Assembly (NCBI GenBank): GCA_031551485.1
Contig: JAVBNO010000019.1
Coordinates: 7,574 to 71,573 of the forward strand
Direction of reading: 5' to 3'
DNA: 64,000 nt
Origin: Oscillospiraceae bacterium
GTDB lineage: Bacteria > Bacillota > Clostridia > Oscillospirales > Ruminococcaceae
The notes beneath the pieces are model-generated. The model made no database searches, was not told the DNA's origin, and was given only the letters and a program-made list of their open reading frames with translations. The translations under genes and the position numbers were made by a program. Each line of letters opens with the position of its first letter. Positions within the stretch are counted from its first letter, which is position 1. Shown here piece by piece: positions 38,201-44,111 of the stretch.

Positions 38201-41200
38201 GGTGGAGCAGGAGCAATTCCTGCAACTGCTGGTGCCCGGCGGATCGGGCCTGCGCGTCAAGGCGAAGCTGACCTTCACGCACGGCGTGGCGCAGTCCGAC
38301 AGCTATATCCGTGGGCGGCTGATTCTGCCCTTCGAGCGGGCGGACGCAGTGGGCAGCGGCGTGCCTGGGGTCTATGCGGGTGTGCACCCCAAGACCAGCC
38401 TGATGGATGCGCTCGCCGATGTCAATCTGGGTGACGTACAGAGGGTTAAAGACCATCTGGCGCAGGGCGACCTTTCCATTCTCGACAGCCTCATACTCAA
38501 ATTTGGGCAAAATGTTCAGGAAAACGCGCTGCTCATCGTGCCGGGCGACAAGGCATTGCAGGATGAGTGCGGGTACGTGGACTTTAACGTCAAAAACTGG
38601 AGCGGTAAGGGCTTTATGGTGGAGTCCGCCGCGATGACGCCGACGCGCATGGCCGAGCGCGCCATGTCCATCAATCTGCAACGCAGTCAGGCCATCGTCA
38701 TCGCTCCTACCTCCGTCTCGATTGATCTCGATCGGGAGAAATTCCACCCCGTTGCGGGTGGCGGTGAGAACCCTCTCATACAGACACCCAAGGAGACGGA
38801 AAAACCATTCTGGGTCGGTTTGGTGATGAAAGGTGGTACGGTGGCGCTGCCGCCGGACTTTGTCGAGACGGCGGAGGGCGGCTCCATCCTCTTCGGCCTG
38901 GCCGAGGGCGAAATGATCTACGACCTCAACGGCTTTAGCTACCAAAACTATCTGTACAGCGATGACAAGGACGGCGTGCCGGCGCAGTTTGGAGACAGCC
39001 TGGGTGGTTTTGAGGATGTGCGCGTGTTCGACTGCCTGCTTGACATGTATGCCAACCGTGTCAACCTTGAGATCAATGCCAAGGTCAGGCTGGATCTATT
39101 CAACAACAACTGGGTCAATGCCAGGCTCTACACCAACAAGGAGAACAATGACGACGGCCAAAAAGGATCGTTCCTCTGCTCCGTCGCGCCCACGGTGATT
39201 GAAGGCGCCAACGGTGCGGGCGTCGATCTGAACATCGACGGCGGGTTTTTAAAGCCCGACGGGCTACACATTAACGGCAATATAATGGTGGACACCCCAG
39301 AAGTGCAAACCGACTCCGAAGAGCCGCTTGCCTTTATCGACATGATCGTGCCGTCCAAAGCCGAAATGACCAATCGCGAGAATAACAGGGAAAATATATG
39401 GGCCAACGTTACGCTCGACAAGCCGACCCCCATTACCTTTCAAGGCTTTTCCATGGAAATTCGGGCACTGGATTTGGAATACTCGGAAGCCAAGACAATT
39501 GAGCAGAAAAAAGCGGCCGGCACCGTCATCGCCCTTCCGCAGAGCGGCTATCCGACCTATTTATCGCTGCATGGGTCGACAGTATTGTCGGAAAACATAG
39601 CAATGGGGCAAGACACGACCGACACCGTCAAACTGGAATGCCGAAAATCGGACATTGTCCCGGTTGTGCTGTACGAAGAGTGCGCTTCGGTGCTGGACGC
39701 GAATTTCGACGACTGCATCAGCGTCAAGGGCAAACTGGTACCCAAGCTCACCGGGTCGGACTTGACCGTTCCAGGCGGCGCGAGTAATATGAGCGCCAAC
39801 ACAAAGGACACTGCCCCACATATCATGCTATTGTCCGCCGGAACTGCGCCCGCCGTCCCGGCCCTGCCGCAAATCCCCGCGCTCCCCAACGCCGAGAGCA
39901 TTTTGAAGGATGCGAAGGCCACTGCCGAAGAAAAGCTTGCGGCCTACAAAAAAGCGCTGAAAGACGAGATTGACCAGTACAAGAAAGCGGTTGAGGCAGA
40001 GCTGGCCAAATACAAGGACATGACGGAGGCGGAGGCGAAGAAGTATCGCGAAGCGGCCGAAAAACAGCTTGAGGAATATAAAGGCAAAGCTGTCGACGAG
40101 CTGGAAAAATACCTGGACATCACCCAGGAGGAACTTAAACAATACAAGGAAGAGCTGGAAAAAGAGCTCGGCGAGTACATCGATTTGGGCAAGCTTGGTG
40201 CGGGGCTCATTGAGTTTAACACAGAGCAGTTGGATCTGAACTACCTCAGCCAGCTCAAGTCGCTGCCGGTTGTGACCAAAACGCGCTTTGGGTATGACAT
40301 GGACAACGAGCGTTGCTATTTCGCTGTGGGCCTTATGCCCAAGAATAAGCCAGGAAGCAACAAGGAGACTATAGCAATCAACTTTGGCGCAGGCGATATC
40401 CGCAATTTCACCGGCATCGTCACCTATAACATGGTCGTAAAGCGCGACGCGCAGGGCAGACATGAGTTCCCTGCCCAGCCGGGAGAAATCGCCGCATTCA
40501 TCAAGAACATGTCGGTTTACAGGGAATCGGGCAGTACCTTCGCCGCCGGCATCCGGGGCACAATGAAAATCATCGGCTTTTGCGAGATCCGCGAGCTGTA
40601 CTTCGGCTTTGAGAAAGGCCCTATCATTAACGCAGACGGCGGTATCTACATTCCGCTGGATGTGGCAGGGATGATCAGTGGCGACGGCATGGAAAAGGTC
40701 GGTACGGTCGCTATCCTTTACGACCACCCCAACCGCTATTTCTCCTTCAGCATGACGCTTGACGGCATCGATCTAGTCGCGGCGAAAGTCAGCGGCAGTA
40801 TGGGATTTGAGTTCAGCCCGCACATGTTCGGCGTCTCGCTGGGCTATCCGGAGACCATGGCCGGCAACATTTCCATCTTCCGGTTCGGTGTTGGCATCGG
40901 GTTCCGCATCGACAGCGAGGAAGGCAACTACATCAGAGCCAAGCTGGAGGTCGGACTGCAAAAAGATGTGAAGGTCGCCATCGTCTACCTCAGCGGATAC
41001 CTCTACGCCGGAGCCGATGGAGGGTATTATTGGGGTGGCACGGATAAAGGCAATGGATTTTATCTGACTATTTACCTGAAAGGCGGCATAAAGGGCGGCA
41101 TTATGCTGGGCGAAGCTCGCTGGGATATCATCAAACTGATGCTCGACGCGCGGGGTACCATTAGCTCGCTTCCCCCGAGCAAAGACTGGAATCTGCACTG

Positions 41201-41303
41201 CTCGGCCAAGGTCAGCTACTGTCTCGACTTGTTCCTCTTCTCAATCGACGGCTCGGTCGAGGCCTCGTTTGATACGACAATAGCGGCGCCGCAGATAGTG
41301 TAA
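32274..41303 (+). CDS. Giant (3,009 aa) N-terminally anchored modular protein: FN3-like and Ig-like repeats, a large unassigned region, an 11-mer helical array and a beta-rich C-terminal domain
   Basis: Uninterrupted 9,030-nt ORF with a GTG start after AAAGAGGGGG. One N-terminal TM segment (SLLISIPAAALITAGVLWACGIL). Six FN3-type signature pairs (x-Y-R 'YRVYRAE'-like strand plus 'YxYxVxAxD..G..S' strand). Two Ig-like modules (36870-37450). Confidence 0.9.
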   Translation: MKQLTGAWNWIQKQFKVHTTRSLLISIPAAALITAGVLWACGILSLESWSYLPNREYILAPTEPAEPQTLNELLHSDMPSMDTLLQNPSIAQELLNAKTLTDVVDSRLALNNLHDLDVQLAAQLAEDPETIDVVDMESAQINAVSASHSEKAVITSLVYTPGDHSAEQLATTNALQNQYQTMATLKAATGQLLAPKEYDDLVVMPIAMNMKGIVDDGEAMIHLLPAGDWLPTDGYKLYREVDGQSVLIAENVASPSAALAGGVGGEHALKVQALYKQAELSDAKLSQLGMTASQFRETAYRMDTAESKTRISGQNNFMRMHELLITEPNGNEQKIPETDLMLGSPVVVMGRQANGLYQSAAVQSRIWKQFSLIPSALPSGIDSIQTLPNGQAKYRLAAEIMAARQQISTLSFVDDAFAEEAGFLIRDDLSTLGLDDGTTVTYRVETPDHQTSTLEIAYGYTNTLTKPQGLMGYGIDGKVPLRWNAAENPQERGIISGYMIERKLDGESKFTVVNGEPVAITYILNENDIYFETLSFYEDAVENGRTAEYRIRSLDIFGRMSKPSDVIKFKVEQVTPPNAPTVSAPVFSRDGSSASIGEMIAVQNAINQNKGKTGIVLPVFTDSADTVRFTIYRAEAVGARPFGKPVPIANLSYDNPKPKAEATASSEPLTEPVPQEQAQTGIKRVNGTQQTLLQNAAASYPDLVYYDADIKEGVTYKYWVSVWDSWNNESAWSQSVSYGVRTGAEPATPAALNAAMLVRELPDRSNDPPGLVNDSTVTLANLAQMPTMPVRKIPGTDADTVKRADESGIAIGHFMSVAGMPDVIDKQFDNLPEQKYIHMLVAVRGEDVQPNGGAWLQWPAYSGEGLGGYAVYRPVFPVGALPDLQQMSRSELIQLGTWKKTTSNTVTQNQLFVTGLDKTPGKIHLFLICLLPETEGTTASIETDGKKETIFVPEGLQHAQAPIYSPHQIIFAEDLYSYRDYYHEIEGLELTWEAAAGNPEYAVFMIEVPRELPSLSIDKYKQMSVEELWNLGGWKRMLTTSKTNAVISETSYSHLVDTMPIIAVCVQTGSKNITDITREQSVDLSIDLLTSKTAQEIHAGFVSLDWDIPDDPQVQFYRVYRAEVNSFKTPVDESALAWTLVGDRLSSPQYTDPVEQSRAHFYYYKVTSVSPWGVEAAAGTVKPFRVPATKPPQTPNLLTPLQSKDGIKVNFAAVPYCDKYVIYRTAITNVSDEYLTRLNSNVKTALFSSPSLEDEFLTSLLGSSIKLSGKPGLQTPLNAASRFKTLHYGDASRVSGLDTGTKLSTYQQILNDLGPLALADYRDLSIEMMKRVTWENIGELRVDYETGAVLDPNTGNPVDPVDPATGLLKPLYFIDPTPQYGIMYLYTVQAWNDDGLGSTRPEPIEATPRRSGPFDPIKNLKGEWVNKQPLLTWNTPRMSTLTPERCLEETVGYIVYRSDTKNGEYYQASPMVFAPTWTDKNADPYAYNWYRIKVLDTGGYLSEFSDPILMQMNFVSTVKPKIPHFSLDPLQAPTIAFERNRYTVALRIPFEASYTLTGTEPIEVTVTAVDANGSPVTGFTVDATAKKVLAGPALGVGTYSVTVQAENAAGTDQKDFVLTVGEPEARTPPKLATRDDQYTFVFSRPARPTGTFEEQLAATGSIPLTWSLEPYVEATGMPSTVPETVSIDQNGLLSIEQQTAAGSYFFYVVVSNAMGSDKQLIHMEIANASALSQTFRPRGVSVSSGRSEGTMPLVQLVVSEQKPADKGGYYSDSADCAGFTLADVSLIPSSASAPHSPGYVGTATLNLEGVEPIPVHIYGATMQTTSDGEVMTVGTVYLDQPVVLKATGVTLVSMDINPKNEKQTVSGYVKSTKPNQNVMGSTYAVAFTDAVLSPQGTVNAAVTIPTLKYEQFVLHNIDNVQIRLPSTASDTFFLMASCKQVTMKAPLETLSNEGITFGAGSYGFDLDGKISGTMVAVEQEQFLQLLVPGGSGLRVKAKLTFTHGVAQSDSYIRGRLILPFERADAVGSGVPGVYAGVHPKTSLMDALADVNLGDVQRVKDHLAQGDLSILDSLILKFGQNVQENALLIVPGDKALQDECGYVDFNVKNWSGKGFMVESAAMTPTRMAERAMSINLQRSQAIVIAPTSVSIDLDREKFHPVAGGGENPLIQTPKETEKPFWVGLVMKGGTVALPPDFVETAEGGSILFGLAEGEMIYDLNGFSYQNYLYSDDKDGVPAQFGDSLGGFEDVRVFDCLLDMYANRVNLEINAKVRLDLFNNNWVNARLYTNKENNDDGQKGSFLCSVAPTVIEGANGAGVDLNIDGGFLKPDGLHINGNIMVDTPEVQTDSEEPLAFIDMIVPSKAEMTNRENNRENIWANVTLDKPTPITFQGFSMEIRALDLEYSEAKTIEQKKAAGTVIALPQSGYPTYLSLHGSTVLSENIAMGQDTTDTVKLECRKSDIVPVVLYEECASVLDANFDDCISVKGKLVPKLTGSDLTVPGGASNMSANTKDTAPHIMLLSAGTAPAVPALPQIPALPNAESILKDAKATAEEKLAAYKKALKDEIDQYKKAVEAELAKYKDMTEAEAKKYREAAEKQLEEYKGKAVDELEKYLDITQEELKQYKEELEKELGEYIDLGKLGAGLIEFNTEQLDLNYLSQLKSLPVVTKTRFGYDMDNERCYFAVGLMPKNKPGSNKETIAINFGAGDIRNFTGIVTYNMVVKRDAQGRHEFPAQPGEIAAFIKNMSVYRESGSTFAAGIRGTMKIIGFCEIRELYFGFEKGPIINADGGIYIPLDVAGMISGDGMEKVGTVAILYDHPNRYFSFSMTLDGIDLVAAKVSGSMGFEFSPHMFGVSLGYPETMAGNISIFRFGVGIGFRIDSEEGNYIRAKLEVGLQKDVKVAIVYLSGYLYAGADGGYYWGGTDKGNGFYLTIYLKGGIKGGIMLGEARWDIIKLMLDARGTISSLPPSKDWNLHCSAKVSYCLDLFLFSIDGSVEASFDTTIAAPQIV
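39945..40178 (+). repeat. Seven exact 33-nt (11-codon) periods marked by eight Tyr codons inside the giant ORF
   Basis: TAC/TAT codons fall at 39945, 39978, 40011, 40044, 40077, 40110, 40143 and 40176. Units are Y-KKALKDEIDQ / Y-KKAVEAELAK / Y-KDMTEAEAKK / Y-REAAEKQLEE / Y-KGKAVDELEK / Y-LDITQEELKQ / Y-KEELEKELGE / Y. Confidence 0.95.
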
Positions 41304-41349
41304 AATAAAGGCCTTTCTGCAAGGAGAATGATAAAATACGAAAAGGTAT

Positions 41350-41382
41350 GCGGGGCATGTAGATGGGTACTGCACGCCCCGC
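41350..41382. terminator. Hairpin downstream of the giant ORF (weak terminator candidate)
   Basis: Stem GCGGGGC / GCCCCGC with a 19-nt loop. There is no clean U-run on the plus strand. Confidence 0.3.
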
Positions 41383-41703
41383 TGTTCTAAAAATCGATTA
41401 TTGCATGAAAGATTTATTGGTTGCCATCGTGCTTTTCGCCTATTTAGGCTGGCTGTAACGGCAATGGGATTTTATGTTCAGCGCAAGCGTAACATGTCAC
41501 TGCGGGGAACGTGCTGATTCTGATCAATATCGGCTCTGGTATAATGGTTTTGGTGCCGTTATGGGGGTTTGCATGTGGCTTGCTTAACAGAAAAGGAAAG
41601 GGTCGCTGACGCTGTATGCCAACCTTTGGCGCTTGTAGCTTGACGGTAAAATCCCCCGTTGCTGTCGGGTGAATACATTATGATTGCGTTTTATGTCAGA
41701 TGT

Positions 41704-41758
41704 GGGAAAAACATAAGGAGAATGGCCTCTCATCGAAAATAGAGAGGTCATTCTCCTT
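41704..41758 (-). terminator. Intrinsic terminator of the rubredoxin-cupin unit
   Basis: 17-bp stem AAGGAGAATGGCCTCTC / GAGAGGTCATTCTCCTT (one mismatch), followed on the minus strand by ATGTTTTTCCC. Confidence 0.75.
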
Positions 41759-41802
41759 ATGACATTAAAACGAGCGTTTTCAACTGCACAATAGAGGCAT
41801 GA

Positions 41803-42276
41803 TTACTCGTGATGTTCGGCAGCTTCCGCATCCAACTTTGTTTTATGTACCGTACCGTGCGGATGCTGAACAGGTGCATAGATCGAATACAACTTAATCG
41901 GCACATTTCCGGTATTGACAAGATTGTGCCATATGCCGGCTGGAACAAAAACCGCCGAGCCGTCGCGCACCTGTTTTTGAAAGTTCAAGATGTCCTTGTT
42001 GCTTCCCATCATGGCAATGCCGTGCCCGGCCTCGACACGCAGGAACTGGTCCAGATAAGGATGAGACTCCAGGCCAATTTCACCGCCTACAGGTATACTC
42101 ATGAGCGTTAATTGCAAATGATTGCCAGTCCACAAGGCTGTTCTGAAATTTGGGTTTTGCTGGGTTTTCCTGCTGATATCTACGACAAACGGCTCCGGCC
42201 CGTAATCCACTGTGCGCTGTTTGTAATATGGATCCATATATCCCGCACAATTGTTGCTTCTAGGCATTTTTTTCAC
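41803..42276 (-). CDS. Cupin-domain protein
   Basis: Cupin motifs GGEIGLESHPYLDQFLRVEAGHG and AVFVPAGIWHNLVNTG. Confidence 0.8.
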   Translation of the reverse strand: MKKMPRSNNCAGYMDPYYKQRTVDYGPEPFVVDISRKTQQNPNFRTALWTGNHLQLTLMSIPVGGEIGLESHPYLDQFLRVEAGHGIAMMGSNKDILNFQKQVRDGSAVFVPAGIWHNLVNTGNVPIKLYSIYAPVQHPHGTVHKTKLDAEAAEHHE

Positions 42277-42406
42277 CCTTTCGCTTTTTATGGTTTCCCA
42301 TTACACCATATTATGCCGAAATTCCGTTTTTTGCTTGTCAACGGCAGGACACTAGAAGCCTGCCAATAACGCTTCGACAACCTCCACGGGGAAATCTGGC
42401 GGTGGG

Positions 42407-42601
42407 TCAATCAGAAGCGAATGTAAAAAGCTTTGGGTGTTTTGCCTTGTGGCACCATAAATCCGACTTTGCTGTTTTACACTGGGGGCATATCCATTTG
42501 CTGGAAAGCTGCTCCCACGGTGTACCCGGCGCAACCCCGGCGGCGGGCATTCCTTCCGTTTCATTGTAACCATAGCCGCAAAAAGGGCATATGTATTTCA
42601 C
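42407..42601 (-). CDS. Rubredoxin (with a C-terminal extension)
   Basis: Two CxxC knuckles (YICPFCGY … WICPQCKTAK) with the intervening GVAPGTPWEQL. A GTG start after GAAGGAGA is preferred to the upstream ATG at 42634. Confidence 0.75.
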   Translation of the reverse strand: MKYICPFCGYGYNETEGMPAAGVAPGTPWEQLSSKWICPQCKTAKSDLWCHKAKHPKLFTFASD

Positions 42602-42777
42602 AATCTCATCTCCTTCGACTGCCACCGATGCCACATAATTTCATATTCAATTAATATATGTCGCAAGGTAAAACGATATGATCTATTGTGCCGACTATTT
42701 GGTTAGCGGCAACTGTCGAAAAAGCTTTTGCCTATCAGAAATTTGTGCAGTCCCAGCATTTTATCCGAGGTGTTTCA

Positions 42778-42806
42778 TTTGTGAGACGCCGGGATTGTGA
42801 TATAAT
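42778..42806 (+). promoter_or_regulatory. Extended -10 promoter upstream of the MFS gene
   Basis: TGATATAAT (TGnTATAAT) at 42798-42806. The -35 is weak (TTTGTG). Confidence 0.35.
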
Positions 42807-42880
42807 CAAGTAACATATAATGATATAGTGATACCATGCTTGCTCCGATCCAATGAATCGTACGAAAAGAGGGTTGACCG

Positions 42881-44032
42881 GTGAAACATAATTCCCGCAA
42901 CATCGTAACAATATCTTTGCTGTCAATCCCACTTTCCGCGGGAGTCGCTTTAGTGCCCGTGTTGTCCAACATTGCCGCCGCTTTTCCGAATCAAAAAGAA
43001 TCCATGCAGCTGCTGCTCACCATGCCATCTTTATTTATGATGTTTTCGTCCCTGCTCACCAATACATTCGCTCAGAAGAGTTCATTAAAATTAATTGTGA
43101 TCATAAGCATTTCAATGATTGCTTTTGCGGGTTTATCTCCCTACTGGATCATCGGTTTTACTTATTTGTTATTTTCCCGCGGCCTGATGGGAATAGGGCT
43201 GGGACTGCTTCATACAGCAATTGTAAGTTTGCCAGCACTTTATTTTAATGACAGTCAAACGCGGGATCATGCCGTCGGCATTCAGTCCGCTTTTGTGTGC
43301 GCCGGGGCAATACTATTTCATCTTTTAAGTGGTATCCTTGCAAAATATAACTGGAGATATGTTTTTTTAGTCCAGTTTTTAAATGTCATTCCTTTGCTGG
43401 CGGCCATTTTTTTAATGCCGAAAACAGCAAACGATAGAAAGACAGAATCAAAGCATCAGAGAATATTTGTCAAACACGCCATACCTATAGTCGGGATTAC
43501 TTTTATTGGCATTGTACTCACCTGCACTTATCCTTTAAATCTATCGTTGTTTGTTGAAAAGCAGGGTTTGGGTGATTCACAATTTGTAGGTCTGCTGACG
43601 AGTATCAACTCCGCCATTGGTTTTTTCATTGGCTTGATTTTCGGTAAAGTATACGCAAAAGTGAGAGAGTATACTTTGTCCCTTGGATTTATATTATCGG
43701 CGGTTGCTTTGCTGATTGTTGCCTTCTTACCCAATCCAGCCATGTTATTGTTGGGCAGTATTTGTTTTGGCATAGGCACAAGTTTTATATCGCCGTCCCT
43801 ATATTCAATATTGTATAAACGGGTAAAACCGGAGGAAGTCGTTTCGTCTGTCGCAATGCTGGCGATAGCGGGCAACGTGTCCCAATTTATTTCACCCTTT
43901 GTTATCAATCCCATCGCAAAAATCATCGATGGTACCAGTGCAGAGGGTACAAGGTTTGTTGTTGCAGGTGCTGCCATATTTCTTTTGGCCATTTTTCTCT
44001 ATTGGCAAAACCATAAAAAGGCAGGCATATAA
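42881..44032 (+). CDS. MFS transporter (about 12 TM)
   Basis: 383-aa polytopic protein, markedly more AT-rich than the surrounding genes. GTG start after AAAAGAGGG. Confidence 0.75.
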   Translation: MKHNSRNIVTISLLSIPLSAGVALVPVLSNIAAAFPNQKESMQLLLTMPSLFMMFSSLLTNTFAQKSSLKLIVIISISMIAFAGLSPYWIIGFTYLLFSRGLMGIGLGLLHTAIVSLPALYFNDSQTRDHAVGIQSAFVCAGAILFHLLSGILAKYNWRYVFLVQFLNVIPLLAAIFLMPKTANDRKTESKHQRIFVKHAIPIVGITFIGIVLTCTYPLNLSLFVEKQGLGDSQFVGLLTSINSAIGFFIGLIFGKVYAKVREYTLSLGFILSAVALLIVAFLPNPAMLLLGSICFGIGTSFISPSLYSILYKRVKPEEVVSSVAMLAIAGNVSQFISPFVINPIAKIIDGTSAEGTRFVVAGAAIFLLAIFLYWQNHKKAGI

Positions 44033-44076
44033 TATACAAAGCGATTGGGCAAGGTGAAAATAACTTTCGGCCGATA

Positions 44077-44111
44077 TAAAAGAAGAGACTCCCTAAGGAG
44101 TCTCTTCTTTT
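44077..44111. terminator. Bidirectional intrinsic terminator
   Basis: Perfect stem AAAAGAAGAGACTCC / GGAGTCTCTTCTTTT between convergent genes. It overlaps the carbamate kinase stop codon. Confidence 0.85.

Noticed and set aside
36426-40727. Several 170-300-aa minus-strand ORFs inside the giant gene (36426-37340, 37500-38018, 38058-38945, 39828-40727)
   Set aside because: All lie antisense within one continuous 9-kb sense ORF that has coherent domain signatures. The antisense products are Arg/His-rich and repeat-mirroring; for example, 39828-40727 mirrors the 11-mer array.
29174-44111. Direct repeat of the tRNA-Pro 3' end (attL/attR) delimiting the island
   Set aside because: By eye I could not find any copy of GGTTCAACTCCCGCC or CACTCGGACCA between 29.3 and 44.1 kb, and no integrase is present. 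A computational repeat search is still needed before excluding it.
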